From IMG/VR virus record IMGVR_UViG_3300010885_059224, positions 9,835 to 73,834 of that record: a stretch of DNA of 64,000 nucleotides; one strand, written 5' to 3'. The notes under the pieces are model-generated. The model had not been told where the DNA came from, searched no databases, and worked only from the letters and a program-made list of their open reading frames with translations. The position numbers were made by a program, and so were the translations under genes. Positions 37,509-47,833 of the stretch are shown here, in pieces. The DNA is from a virus (lineage: Duplodnaviria > Caudoviricetes). How positions within the stretch are numbered: the stretch's first letter is position 1; the number at the start of each line of letters is the position of its first letter.

Positions 37509-39077
37509 ATGGAATTCACACAAAAATTCAAAAACTATTACAAAGCACACTATCCTAGCCTGTTCATCCTAACCCATGAGGAGGAGAGGGTAGTAAAAGA
37601 TATCCTGGAGCTATTCTCCACGGATGAGGTAACAAAGATACACACCTGGGATGCCCAACGTGGATTGGTTAATCTTAAAGATACAAATCAAATTCACCCA
37701 GAAGGGCTAAATAACAGCACAGAGCTTCTCAAGTATCTACAGAGCTACAGAGAAGAGGATAATATCTTTATCCTAAAAGACTTCCACCTTCACTTCGACA
37801 AGGTGATTAACATCCGCCTGCTCAGGAACCTTTGGAATATTCTAAAGACCAAGGGTAACATGTTGGTTCTTGTTGGCCATAAATTCGCAATACCCGCGGA
37901 AATGGAAAAAGAGATTCAGTTGATAGACTACGATCTCCCTGGTGCAAAGAGCATAGAGGAGCGTCTAGCGTTTATTATTGATTCTGTTAACAAGGCCCGG
38001 GAGGACAATAAAATGGACGCCCTAGTGGTTCCTGAAGAAATCAAAGAAGCGGCAGTAGAAGCAGCCAAGGGTATGACCTTTGGTGAAATTGAGAATGCTT
38101 TTGCTATGGCATACACCACCACGAAGAGCTTTGAACAGCCATTTGTGGGTACGGTATTCGATGAGAAGATTCAGCAGCTGAAGAAAAACGGACTGCTAAC
38201 CTATATCCCATCTGATATATCGTTTGATAATGTGGGTGGGCTTAACGGCTTAAAGCGTTGGATCCGCTCTAGGAAAAAGGCATATTCACAGGATGCAAGA
38301 GACTACAAGCTACCCCTACCAAAGGGTATATTGCTGGCCTCTGTGCCTGGTGTGGGCAAAACTCTTGTAAGCAAGTCTATTGCTAAGGAGTTTGATTGCC
38401 CATTGTTCCAGTTCGATATGGGATCTATATTTGATTCTCATGTTGGTAACAGTGAGCGTAATATGCGTGAAGCCATCAAGGTCATAGAGAGCATTGGAAA
38501 GTGCGTTATACTTATTGATGAGATAGAAAAGAGTCTCAGTAAGGATGCAGTTTCTGGTAAGGGTGACACAGGTGTAAGTTCACGTATCTTTGGTACGTTT
38601 CTTGGTTGGCTCAATGACAGGACTAATCCTGCGTTCATTGTGGCAACCTCAAACGATCACACCATACTCCCAACGCCACTTATTCGTAAGGGTAGGTTTG
38701 ACCAGTTATTCTGGGTTGACCTTCCTAGCGATCAGGAACGTCGTGAGATATTCAATGTGGTATTAACCAAATATGGCCGTAACCCCTCAGATTTCGACCT
38801 AAAGAAATTTGTTGTTGAATCAGATGAATTCACAGGTGCTGAAATTGAGGATGTGGTTAAATCTGCATTGTTCAGGGCATTTGATGTTGGTAAAGAAATA
38901 TCCGATAAGGATGTATTAGCAGAGTTGGATGAGTTTATTCCTTTTGCCCATTCGCACGAGGAAGATCTTCAGACCATGCGTAAACAAGCCCGCGGCAAGC
39001 TAGTCATGCTTAACGATCAGGGCGAAACCCAAACAATAGAAACCGCTATGCGAAAGCTTAGCATCTCAATGGAATAA
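37509..39077 (+). CDS. Ycf46-like AAA ATPase
   Basis: 'THEEERV', 'ILKDFH', 'NVGGLNGLKRW', 'PKGILL..VPGVGKT', 'IDEIEK', 'RKGRFD'. Confidence 0.9.
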   Translation: MEFTQKFKNYYKAHYPSLFILTHEEERVVKDILELFSTDEVTKIHTWDAQRGLVNLKDTNQIHPEGLNNSTELLKYLQSYREEDNIFILKDFHLHFDKVINIRLLRNLWNILKTKGNMLVLVGHKFAIPAEMEKEIQLIDYDLPGAKSIEERLAFIIDSVNKAREDNKMDALVVPEEIKEAAVEAAKGMTFGEIENAFAMAYTTTKSFEQPFVGTVFDEKIQQLKKNGLLTYIPSDISFDNVGGLNGLKRWIRSRKKAYSQDARDYKLPLPKGILLASVPGVGKTLVSKSIAKEFDCPLFQFDMGSIFDSHVGNSERNMREAIKVIESIGKCVILIDEIEKSLSKDAVSGKGDTGVSSRIFGTFLGWLNDRTNPAFIVATSNDHTILPTPLIRKGRFDQLFWVDLPSDQERREIFNVVLTKYGRNPSDFDLKKFVVESDEFTGAEIEDVVKSALFRAFDVGKEISDKDVLAELDEFIPFAHSHEEDLQTMRKQARGKLVMLNDQGETQTIETAMRKLSISME

Positions 39078-39078
39078 T

Positions 39079-40083
39079 ATGGAAAGAGAACACAAAATAT
39101 CAGACACACTACAGCAGTACTACGACAAGGTATTCCAAGATGGAAAGCTTGTGAACGTACACATAGCAATGTGGGGAATGAGCTACAGCCTAACGGAAGA
39201 AGATATCAAATTAGATAACAAACTTCCTGAGGTTATTCAGCTCGGCAAGAAAATGCTTATCAAGCCTGCGGTACATAACCTGTTCCGCAGTCTACAGGCC
39301 AAGGCCCGTAACTACTTGTACGCCAACTCATTCCAGTTTCCACTGGTTCCTCAAGCACACTTTGTCCCTAAGGCAAGATATGTAGAGGTCTATCAGAAGC
39401 TGAATGAGTATAAAGAAGCGTTCATCCAGATGCGTGATGAGTTCATCGAGAAGTATCCAACCTATAAGGAGGAGGCTATAGAGTACTACAAGCAGTTTGC
39501 AGACCAGATCAACGTTGATGATATGGAATATCTATATCCCAGCGTTGAAAACGTGAAGAGCAAGTTCTCATTCGAGATTGTATCCTTCGAGGTTAAACTG
39601 CCTACTGAGTTTGCTGACATTGATATTCATACTGAAATCAATCGTGAGCAGGCTGCTGGTGAAGCTAAACTTGCGGCCGCACGTCAGTACAAGCAGGAGT
39701 ATAAGAACCAGTTGGATACCCACATGGGTAAAATCAACGAGTTCGTTGGTGATGTTATCAACACCCTGCGCAGCAAGGTGGTAGAGCATTGCTCTGTTGT
39801 ACTTGGTAAAATCTCAAAGAAAGAGGTTGTTTCCGAGACCAGCATCAAAACACTCATGAAGCACATCAATGAGTTTCGTGATCTTAACTTCATAGAAGAT
39901 AAGACCATAGAGGCAGAGCTTAGTAAGGTCGAAAAGCTCCTTAAAGGGGAAACAGACTTTGCCAAGGATAAGGATGCAGTCAAAGAGCTGCAGGGCGTGT
40001 TAACCAATGTTATCACGGAAGCCAAGAGTATGACCGACGTGGCCAATATCTCTGGTGAATACTTCCGTAAGCTAGAGGTATAA
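39079..40083 (+). CDS. DUF3150-like helical protein
   Basis: 'LGKKMLI...ARNYL...FVP...F...Y...YP....VKSKFSF' pattern, in the position typical of this operon. Confidence 0.55.
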   Translation: MEREHKISDTLQQYYDKVFQDGKLVNVHIAMWGMSYSLTEEDIKLDNKLPEVIQLGKKMLIKPAVHNLFRSLQAKARNYLYANSFQFPLVPQAHFVPKARYVEVYQKLNEYKEAFIQMRDEFIEKYPTYKEEAIEYYKQFADQINVDDMEYLYPSVENVKSKFSFEIVSFEVKLPTEFADIDIHTEINREQAAGEAKLAAARQYKQEYKNQLDTHMGKINEFVGDVINTLRSKVVEHCSVVLGKISKKEVVSETSIKTLMKHINEFRDLNFIEDKTIEAELSKVEKLLKGETDFAKDKDAVKELQGVLTNVITEAKSMTDVANISGEYFRKLEV

Positions 40084-40084
40084 T

Positions 40085-40414
40085 ATGTACGAGGGAGAAG
40101 AAACAGTAATGAATATTCCCTCTTTTGATATGCTCTGGATCTCCTTTAGGGGGGATCCAGAGGGTACCTTTAGCTTGATAGTTCCGTGTTGCGAGGTAAT
40201 CAACGGAGTAATAATAGGAATTACTCAAACTGATATCATTGTATCGCATAAAAAAGAAAACATAGAACTCTCGCACGGAGAATTCAAGGAAGCCATAGAA
40301 TATGAACTCAATGACGCATTGGAACACCAGGGGTTCAAAAAGAAGAAAATAACGCGACTTAGCGTTCAGCCGGCAAAAACAAATGACGTTATACAAATAC
40401 TAATAACACAATGA
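40085..40414 (+). CDS. hypothetical protein
   Basis: 109 aa; TAA-T-ATG and overlapping junctions. Confidence 0.6.
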   Translation: MYEGEETVMNIPSFDMLWISFRGDPEGTFSLIVPCCEVINGVIIGITQTDIIVSHKKENIELSHGEFKEAIEYELNDALEHQGFKKKKITRLSVQPAKTNDVIQILITQ

Positions 40415-40800
40415 GCCACTCAGTAAAAATCAAAACAAAGTTTAAAAACAAGAGATTACTTTTGAGTACTTTTGAAAATCTCGGATGGAAAATTGTCGAG
40501 AACCAGAAGTGCACAACATATCCCTCCGACCCTAGTAGAAACGATGTTCATCAATATGTAGCATTAAATCCTTCTCCTCGAGGATATGATGTGGGAATTG
40601 ACATCAATAGTGACGGTGAAGCAGTATTCACCTGCGACTTCTTTGATAGCTCTATAGCTAGGCAGTTAGGGCAGAATCTAAAGAATGTTAAACAGAATTA
40701 TTCATTAACTGAATTAAAGCAGTTCATGAATGAGGAGGATCTCAACTATCAGATAGAGACCCTAAAGACAGGAGAACTCAAAATAATCGCAACCAAATAA
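40411..40800 (+). CDS. DUF1257 (Ycf35-like) protein
   Basis: 'MSHSVKIKT...LL.TFENLGW', 'YDVG', 'DFF', 'LKQNY-like', 'GELKI'. Confidence 0.75.
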   Translation: MSHSVKIKTKFKNKRLLLSTFENLGWKIVENQKCTTYPSDPSRNDVHQYVALNPSPRGYDVGIDINSDGEAVFTCDFFDSSIARQLGQNLKNVKQNYSLTELKQFMNEEDLNYQIETLKTGELKIIATK

Positions 40801-40812
40801 CCAAAAACACAT

Positions 40813-41076
40813 ATGACAACACAGGGATTTGACTCCATCAAGCAGCAGCTAGAAAGATCAATCGTGGAAACACTCTATCACGATTGTCAGCCGTATCCTC
40901 CAGCAAAGGTGTATGTTCACAACTACAGCCTGCAGGCAGAGAAGTCACACGGTTGGGCAAGGGCAAAGGTTACGTATGTGGTTTACTGCCCAGGAGAAAA
41001 ACTCCACACGGTAAACATCCGGTTCCAGCATGACAAGATGGGCCGGTTCCTCATGAACACAATGCAGTATGTCTAA
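40813..41076 (+). CDS. hypothetical protein
   Basis: 87 aa with an AC-rich leader. Confidence 0.6.
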   Translation: MTTQGFDSIKQQLERSIVETLYHDCQPYPPAKVYVHNYSLQAEKSHGWARAKVTYVVYCPGEKLHTVNIRFQHDKMGRFLMNTMQYV

Positions 41077-41266
41077 AAACATCACATTCATTATTGATAA
41101 CAATGGTAATGTGAAAGTCGACAAGGTTGAGGGATATGGATCAGGATGCCTTGAGGCTACAAAACTCATTGAGGATCGTCTTGGTGGAGCCGAGGAGGGC
41201 TCCAGAGAGATGACAGAGGAATATAATAAACCCATTGAAAACGGCGGGAATACTATAGAGTTATGA
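41069..41266 (+). CDS. DUF2997-like protein
   Basis: 'ITFIIDNNGNVKV..VEG.GSGCLEATKLIEDRLG....EMTEEY'. Confidence 0.8.
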   Translation: MSKNITFIIDNNGNVKVDKVEGYGSGCLEATKLIEDRLGGAEEGSREMTEEYNKPIENGGNTIEL

Positions 41267-41535
41267 GAAGCGTTATCTATATAGACAAGGAAGGTAATCT
41301 TTCAGGTCTTTCTGATAATCTATTCGACAAGCTGGCTGCCCTCGGTAGGAGGGCAGTCATGCGGGTCTCTAACATTGAATTCAATTCAAGAATTCAAAAA
41401 TGGCAAGCAGTAGACCTTGATGGAAACATCATAGGCACACACGAGTTTAGAGATAAACTTATAGAGATAGAACGAGATTATCTAAACACAAAAATAGAGG
41501 AAGACTATGGAAAGAATCAAAACCTGCTTTCTTAA
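41263..41535 (+). CDS. small conserved protein of the Ycf46/DUF1257/DUF2997 operon
   Basis: 'IYIDKEG...L.ALG...MRVSNIEF...WQA', resembling the 'RRASHVEP' type protein I recall in such operons. Confidence 0.55.
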   Translation: MRSVIYIDKEGNLSGLSDNLFDKLAALGRRAVMRVSNIEFNSRIQKWQAVDLDGNIIGTHEFRDKLIEIERDYLNTKIEEDYGKNQNLLS

Positions 41536-41908
41536 AAAAGCGGAAATATACGTGGGTAATGTAACTGAGGTGATGGCCATAGAATTGGTAAAGAATAGCA
41601 ATAACATGTACTATGTATTTGAAAATCTATTCCATACCAAAACTGGAAAGTACAGTAAGGCAGAAATAGCTGCGGTCTGGATGGCTGATTCATTAGCCTT
41701 AGACATTTACGAACTTGCTGTAGAAAACAGGACAAGTGGTGAAAATTCCGACGGAGGATACGCATTTGTACAGGATGGAGATAATCTCACGGGATTATCA
41801 CATCTACTTGACTACACGAAAGAATACGTGGATGGTTATAACGCAGGCACAATCAGTGAAACCCCTAAAGTGGTATTCACAGAACAACACAGAAAACTAG
41901 AAGTATGA
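41507..41908 (+). CDS. hypothetical protein
   Basis: 133 aa; overlapping junctions on both sides. Confidence 0.6.
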   Translation: MERIKTCFLKKAEIYVGNVTEVMAIELVKNSNNMYYVFENLFHTKTGKYSKAEIAAVWMADSLALDIYELAVENRTSGENSDGGYAFVQDGDNLTGLSHLLDYTKEYVDGYNAGTISETPKVVFTEQHRKLEV

Positions 41909-43008
41909 AATTCTTAGCAATATCCGATGAACATCTGGGTAGCAAATTATACAACTTCCCAGAGCTAGAAAATGATTGTAGGGTAGTGTTCACAAAGGCC
42001 ATAGACACAGCCATAGAGCTGGGTGTGGACTACCTTGTTAGCATTGGTGACTTGTTCGACAACAACAAGCCGTCTTCAGAGACAATAGACTTCGTGTCTG
42101 GTGAGCTTAGAAGGCTTCGCAGGGCAAATATAATTCCATTGGGTATTGCTGGAGATCACAGCAAACCTGTGGATGGTGTTACTTGGGAAAAAATCGCAGG
42201 ATTTGATCCTATCAACACAGAGAGTGAGTTCGTTGGAATAGATTATAATGATAACCCTCAACATGTTATAGACCTGTTGAATATGGAATTAAACAGCAGA
42301 CCAGCAAACTCTGTTAAGTTTATTTTCCTGCACCAGCAGGTCCCTGAGTTGTTTCACTTTATATCAGAGAAGAAGAAAGTATCTATAAAGGATATAGACT
42401 TCTCTAATCAATGCGGATCAATACAGGCTATATTCCTTGGAGATATTCATAAACGTCTAGAGATGTGGTATCACGACCCTGTGTGTGACCGTAAAATCTT
42501 TGTAGGTTATTGCGGAAGTCTAGGAGTCACAGCAGCTGATGAAACAGAGAAGGACGGCATGTACTATTGGAATGGTGATAAGTTAGAAATAGTTGAGTAC
42601 CAGCTACCTAGGAAGTTTGTTACCTTGAATATTACAAAAGACAACATAGATAACTTCTCTCCGTCCCTATATGCAGAATATGTGATGAGTGAGAATAAAC
42701 CTGTGTTTCTTTGTAAATATACCCATGAGGTATCAGACCAACTAGACAAGCTCCAGTTCTTGTACAAGATTGGCATGGTTAAATTCACTAGAGTAAAACT
42801 AGATAAAAATAATCAGGAAGAACATATCAATATAAGGTCTGAGCTTAAAACCGCAGATCGTATATTTAATGTTCTTCACGAACTCACAAACGGTAAAGAT
42901 GATAGCGATATCATATATAACACAGCAGTAAAATTACTAACAGAGGATGACACGGCGAAAGTTCTGGATAGTCTGAAGAACGAAATTTTACTACAACAAC
43001 CAAAATAA
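41905..43008 (+). CDS. sbcD: SbcD/Mre11-like metallophosphoesterase nuclease (gp47-like)
   Basis: 'SDEHLG', 'GDLFD', 'GDH', 'LHQ', 'LGDIH', 'YCGS'. Confidence 0.9.
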   Translation: MKFLAISDEHLGSKLYNFPELENDCRVVFTKAIDTAIELGVDYLVSIGDLFDNNKPSSETIDFVSGELRRLRRANIIPLGIAGDHSKPVDGVTWEKIAGFDPINTESEFVGIDYNDNPQHVIDLLNMELNSRPANSVKFIFLHQQVPELFHFISEKKKVSIKDIDFSNQCGSIQAIFLGDIHKRLEMWYHDPVCDRKIFVGYCGSLGVTAADETEKDGMYYWNGDKLEIVEYQLPRKFVTLNITKDNIDNFSPSLYAEYVMSENKPVFLCKYTHEVSDQLDKLQFLYKIGMVKFTRVKLDKNNQEEHINIRSELKTADRIFNVLHELTNGKDDSDIIYNTAVKLLTEDDTAKVLDSLKNEILLQQPK

Positions 43009-43009
43009 T

Positions 43010-43339
43010 ATGGACGAATCAACAACATTAACTAAAAAGATCCTGCCCAGCAAAGATGTATATATCCAATTCACAGAAGAGGAGGTTGATCAACTTGGCT
43101 TAGAGGCTGGGCAGAATTTCAGTGTTGAGTTAACTCCTGATGGACATGTGCTTATGAAGCCATACGTTAAACTAGAGGTGGACTTCTCTGAACTCCCTCG
43201 TGAGATCCTAGAAAATATTATAGCTGAATCCTGTGACAGGGATATTAGTGCTAATAATGTAATTGTGGATATGCTCAAGGCCGGATTAGACCGCCTTGAA
43301 AATGAGAAAACCACAAAAGACGGTGAAGAAAATAAATGA
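43010..43339 (+). CDS. AbrB/MazE-like DNA-binding protein
   Basis: 'YIQFTEEEVDQLGLEAGQNFSVELTPDGHVLMKP' swapped-hairpin pattern. Confidence 0.6.
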   Translation: MDESTTLTKKILPSKDVYIQFTEEEVDQLGLEAGQNFSVELTPDGHVLMKPYVKLEVDFSELPREILENIIAESCDRDISANNVIVDMLKAGLDRLENEKTTKDGEENK

Positions 43340-43866
43340 GTCCTGAACTAGAACAAGTTTTGGTAGATACTTATCCTAATTTCTTCAGAGGTAAAAACGA
43401 ACCACTCACCCAAAATCTCATGGCCTTTGGCTGTGAGTGCGGGGATGGGTGGTATGAGCTTATAGACACATTCTGCAAGCTGGCTAGTAATAAATTGAAG
43501 CACGCCAGGTATATAAGATTAAAGCCCCAGTTTAAAACTCCGGATGTGGAATTTGAAAAATACATAGCTCCTGACTTCAAGTTTATTCAAGTAAAGGAAA
43601 AGTATGCCACAATAAGGCTATACTTTGATATTACTCAACCTGAGGGAGATAACAAACACAGGCTTAATGAGGCAGACATATTAGATCGGTTTGGTGAAAT
43701 TCTAACAACAATACATGCGTTCGAATATTACACAGACTATCTATCAGGCAGAACATGCGAGGAGTGTGGCAAGCCTGGAAAAATATACCAGGGCGGCTGG
43801 TGGAGAACCCTATGCCCTGAGCATGCCAAAGATAGCAACAGATTAGAAGACGAAGAACTACCATAA
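43336..43866 (+). CDS. conserved hypothetical phage protein with a C-terminal Zn finger
   Basis: 'CGDGWYEL', 'QVKEKY..IRLY', 'CEECGKPG...WRTLC.EH'. Confidence 0.75.
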   Translation: MSPELEQVLVDTYPNFFRGKNEPLTQNLMAFGCECGDGWYELIDTFCKLASNKLKHARYIRLKPQFKTPDVEFEKYIAPDFKFIQVKEKYATIRLYFDITQPEGDNKHRLNEADILDRFGEILTTIHAFEYYTDYLSGRTCEECGKPGKIYQGGWWRTLCPEHAKDSNRLEDEELP

Positions 43867-45923
43867 TGGAACTTAAAAAATTAAACCTAAAGAACTTTAG
43901 AACACACCGTAAGCTGGAAATTAATTTCCAGCAGGGTATTACTGGAATTGTTGGCACTAATGGTGCAGGCAAGTCTAGTATTGTGGAGGCTATAATATTC
44001 CTCTTCACTGGTGAGGGCTATGGGTTTAAAGCCGATATGCTTTCAGTTGGTGAAGAATCTGGGTATGTTATAGGTCACATAGACATAAATGGCAAAGAGG
44101 CAGTATTAGAGCGTCACCTAGATACATCTAAGGTGGCGTTCAAATATGATGGAATAACCTACAAGAAATCAGGAGAAGTAGCGGAGATTTGGGATAAGCT
44201 GTTTCAGATAGACAAGAATATCTTTAAAAATATTGTTGTGGCTAAACAAGGAGACATAGCTCTTCTTTTCTCTGGCGATAACAGTACAAAGGAAAAGATA
44301 TTCCAAAAGATCTTTCTCGTTCCTAACACCACAAAGGTAAGGGATGCGATATGGAACAAGTATATCAAAACAGCTCCTCCTGAATATCCACTGTTAGATG
44401 AAAATCAATATACTGCAGAAATATCTGAAATAACACAAACCAGGGATAGTGTGCAGGCAGAGCTAGTTAAATTCCCTGCCGGGTTATCTGATACTTATGC
44501 AAACCTGATATCTAGGTCAAACTATCTAGTTTCTTGCCGTGCCGCTGTGGCTAAGAAAATAGAGATAGCGGACAAGATAGCGGCCCTAGAAGCTAGAAAA
44601 GAAGAAGTTAACAGCGAGATATCTAAGATAGATGCAAAGTTAGCCACTGTGGATATAGCGGCGATAACCTCCTCCCTAGAGAAGCTAAAGCTGAGTAGGC
44701 CACTGTACGAGAAGAAAGTAGCATTGGAAAAACAACTATCTGAGCTGAATACCAAGAAACCAGTAGAGCTCACTGAGGCCGACCTCACAGAGTTAGACAA
44801 TTTGACTAGTCAGAGAGGGCTACTACAAGCTAGTTATGATGCGCTCTCAAAAGAGTACAATGAGGCAACTCAAACAATTCAAACATACAGAGAGAAGGGT
44901 TTAGTGGATGTTGATAACTGTCCACATTGTGGGTCAACACTCAAAGATATGGGAGAGTATATATCTCACTTGTCTAAAAAGGTAGAAGACCTGCAGGATA
45001 AGATAAAAACAACGCAAACCGAATTCTCAAAAGTTACCACAGATATATCAGACATTGAGTATAGGAAAACTACGTTTAACGACTGGAATAATGATAACAA
45101 TAAAGTCCTGGCCGGATTAGACCCTATAAGGGATATCTCTTTCGACCAGAACGACTATGAGATTTATTCTGCTGTGGTTAGTCAGTATAGTAGTTTCGTA
45201 GAGGCTAAGAAAAAGCTAGACTCTGATTTAACCGAGATAGAGCGTAGTCTGAGGACACAGAACATGAGTAATATAACTCTAACAACTTACGACTATGCCA
45301 AGATCACTATAGAGGTAGAAGAGGAAGATATTGCCAATAAGATAAAAAATATAAAGGCAGATCAGGAAGCACAGCAGACAAAACAAAATGCATTATCTGG
45401 GTATAATAATCTACTAACCCTCAAGCAGGAGGAGCTAGACAGGAACAGCAGAACCAAAGAGCAGAACAAGATTAGAAATAAGTACGTTAATATACTTAAC
45501 GAAATCTATGAAATGCTAGCAACTTCTCAGTTTCCTAGAAAGTTAATACAAACATACAGCTCCACGGTATCAGAGTACTTATCAGAAAATCTAAGGCAAT
45601 TTAACTTCCCCTATAGGGCAGAGGTTAATGATAGCTTTGGTATAGATGTATTTGATTACCAGGGTAGAAAACTACCGTCTGTGTCTGGAGGTCAGGAGAT
45701 AATGGTTGGCGTGGCGTTGAGGCTCGCCCTACACAGTATGTTCGGTGAAGCATTTCCTATGATGATATTCGATGAGGGTTCTGTGCACCTCTCCCAAGAG
45801 AGCAAGAAAAACTATTTCGAAGTCATCAAGAATATGAAGAACATGAGCAAACTGAAACAAATAATAATTATCGATCACGACGAGGATCTCTCTGATGTGG
45901 TCGACAACACAATTAAATTATGA
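43866..45923 (+). CDS. sbcC: SbcC/Rad50-like SMC ATPase (gp46-like)
   Basis: Walker A GTNGAGKSS, Q-loop, coiled coil with CPHC zinc hook, signature VSGGQ, Walker B IFDEG, H-loop. Confidence 0.92.
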   Translation: MELKKLNLKNFRTHRKLEINFQQGITGIVGTNGAGKSSIVEAIIFLFTGEGYGFKADMLSVGEESGYVIGHIDINGKEAVLERHLDTSKVAFKYDGITYKKSGEVAEIWDKLFQIDKNIFKNIVVAKQGDIALLFSGDNSTKEKIFQKIFLVPNTTKVRDAIWNKYIKTAPPEYPLLDENQYTAEISEITQTRDSVQAELVKFPAGLSDTYANLISRSNYLVSCRAAVAKKIEIADKIAALEARKEEVNSEISKIDAKLATVDIAAITSSLEKLKLSRPLYEKKVALEKQLSELNTKKPVELTEADLTELDNLTSQRGLLQASYDALSKEYNEATQTIQTYREKGLVDVDNCPHCGSTLKDMGEYISHLSKKVEDLQDKIKTTQTEFSKVTTDISDIEYRKTTFNDWNNDNNKVLAGLDPIRDISFDQNDYEIYSAVVSQYSSFVEAKKKLDSDLTEIERSLRTQNMSNITLTTYDYAKITIEVEEEDIANKIKNIKADQEAQQTKQNALSGYNNLLTLKQEELDRNSRTKEQNKIRNKYVNILNEIYEMLATSQFPRKLIQTYSSTVSEYLSENLRQFNFPYRAEVNDSFGIDVFDYQGRKLPSVSGGQEIMVGVALRLALHSMFGEAFPMMIFDEGSVHLSQESKKNYFEVIKNMKNMSKLKQIIIIDHDEDLSDVVDNTIKL

Positions 45924-46129
45924 GCGAAGATAAAAATGAGCTTAAACAAAACTTAATATCTATTGGTATTTCATTACTATCCATAGCTAGTGCTGCATTA
46001 GGTAAGGATAAAAGCGAGACACTAACAGATATTGCCTCTTCTACCTCTGAACGGGTACTGAAAAAGCAAAAGACTAATAACAGACCACCTAAAAATAATA
46101 ATGGACGATCAAGAAATCCAAAAGCTTAA
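45920..46129 (+). CDS. hypothetical protein
   Basis: 69 aa; overlaps the upstream stop codon. Confidence 0.45.
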   Translation: MSEDKNELKQNLISIGISLLSIASAALGKDKSETLTDIASSTSERVLKKQKTNNRPPKNNNGRSRNPKA

Positions 46130-46292
46130 ATCTTATAGTTTAAGCCCTGTTTGGAGAACTTGTATGTTCTTGGCTATCATTATTAGTTTTATATTGGACA
46201 AGCCTTGGATTAACTTCATTATAGGTGGTTTAGGAGGGGTTCTACTCTATCCTATAGTGGAGAACTTTCTCAAAGACCTAATAGAAGACTAG
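46101..46292 (+). CDS. small membrane protein (two TM segments)
   Basis: Two hydrophobic stretches. Confidence 0.55.
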   Translation: MDDQEIQKLKSYSLSPVWRTCMFLAIIISFILDKPWINFIIGGLGGVLLYPIVENFLKDLIED

Positions 46293-46293
46293 A

Positions 46294-47769
46294 ATGCATA
46301 TAGAAATCACCAGATTCGATGGAGGTCTTAGGTTTAAACCTATTCCGCCATACCTAATGAAGTATCTCAGGTACCACCATAGGGAAATGCAGTCATTTAA
46401 CTACAAGAGAGAATGCGTTTTCGTTGAGAAGATGCTCTACTCTGTGGATAGTGACGGATACGCATTTACCCTCCCTGGGTTCTTCTATCAGATTACCGTG
46501 ATGATACACAAGAATCACGATACCTATCAGGTGACGGATTTGCGCACACCGCTACCTCCTATAGATTGGAATAGAATAAAAGAGTTCAAGTTAAGAGACT
46601 ATCAGATACCGCTCGTAGCAGACCTTGTATTAAAGGGAGCGGAAGATAGTGGCGTTATTAATGCTGCAGGTGGTATTGGCAAGACACATCTTGCTGCTAT
46701 CACTTATGCTGCATGGAATGGCTTGAACACGATATTGGCAATTCCTCTAAAGGAGGTAGTCAGGCAAACATATCAGAAGTTTAAAATATTCTTCCCGGAG
46801 AAACATGTGGGCTTGGTAGGCGATGGAAGTCATGATATTAGCAATGATATCACGATAACCACGTTCAAGAGTCTGAAGAGTTGTTCCCTGGAAAAATGTG
46901 AATTACTTCTGGTAGACGAAATGCAATCCACAGGAAGTCCTACTTTCAAGAATTGCATGGAGATATTGCGACCTAAAAGGATGTTTGGTTTTAGTGCTAC
47001 CACAGACGGCTTGTTTAACAATAGTGACAAGCTATTGGTAGGGCTGTTTGGTGAAGATCTCATATATTTTCCATATATGGATGCAGAGGAATCCGGTGCC
47101 GTTGTTCCTGGTGTTGTTTATATGCTAAACATGCCCAGGGACTACGAGTTCAACCTGTACAGCTCTATAGAGGCGAAAATAAAGCATGGTATAAAATCCT
47201 GCGTTGTTCGTCACGAAATGATAGGAGAAGTCTGCAACAACATCCCAGAAGGATGGCAGACAATCATATTTGTAGACCATGTAAAGGATCACCTGATTCC
47301 ATTGTATAAATATCTCCCACCAGGAACAAAATATCTACACAGGGAAAGCAGCAAAAAATCCGTTGGTACATTCGCACTCACAAACAAGCAACAGAGGGAC
47401 ACAGCCACAGAATTCGCTAATAATGAATTCCAAAGGTTAATTGCTACTGATGCCTTTCGTGCTGGTGTGGATATTCCAAACTGCCGCGTTGTTATACAGG
47501 GTGCAGGAGGTTCATCAAAAGTAGAGGTTCTTCAGGAGGCTCTTCGAGGAAGCAGAATATTAACACAAGAACAAAAGGAAAAATTCGGATTAACCGATAA
47601 AACTCACTTTGTTCTGGTTGATTTCATGGATAACCATGATCCTGTATTAAACGGAATGGCTAAAAAAAGAATCCAATACTATAAAGAACAGGGTTGGACA
47701 ATTCATGAAGTTGACAGGGTTGAACAGATCGACTGGCATAATACCGGCGAAAAAAAGCAACTCAAGTAA
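46294..47769 (+). CDS. superfamily 2 helicase (UvsW-like)
   Basis: Q motif 'LRDYQ', Walker A GGIGKT, 'LVDEMQ', 'FSAT', 'GVDIP', 'QEALRGSR'. Confidence 0.9.
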   Translation: MHIEITRFDGGLRFKPIPPYLMKYLRYHHREMQSFNYKRECVFVEKMLYSVDSDGYAFTLPGFFYQITVMIHKNHDTYQVTDLRTPLPPIDWNRIKEFKLRDYQIPLVADLVLKGAEDSGVINAAGGIGKTHLAAITYAAWNGLNTILAIPLKEVVRQTYQKFKIFFPEKHVGLVGDGSHDISNDITITTFKSLKSCSLEKCELLLVDEMQSTGSPTFKNCMEILRPKRMFGFSATTDGLFNNSDKLLVGLFGEDLIYFPYMDAEESGAVVPGVVYMLNMPRDYEFNLYSSIEAKIKHGIKSCVVRHEMIGEVCNNIPEGWQTIIFVDHVKDHLIPLYKYLPPGTKYLHRESSKKSVGTFALTNKQQRDTATEFANNEFQRLIATDAFRAGVDIPNCRVVIQGAGGSSKVEVLQEALRGSRILTQEQKEKFGLTDKTHFVLVDFMDNHDPVLNGMAKKRIQYYKEQGWTIHEVDRVEQIDWHNTGEKKQLK

Positions 47770-47787
47770 ACTTCATTTGACAATACG

Positions 47788-47821
47788 GGGTGTGGTGGAG
47801 TAATTTCCATCACACCCTTTT
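47788..47821 (+). terminator. 12-bp hairpin with GTAATT loop and a short T tract
   Basis: GGGTGTGGTGGA/TCCATCACACCC followed by TTTT. Confidence 0.65.
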
Positions 47822-47833
47822 CAAACACACAAC

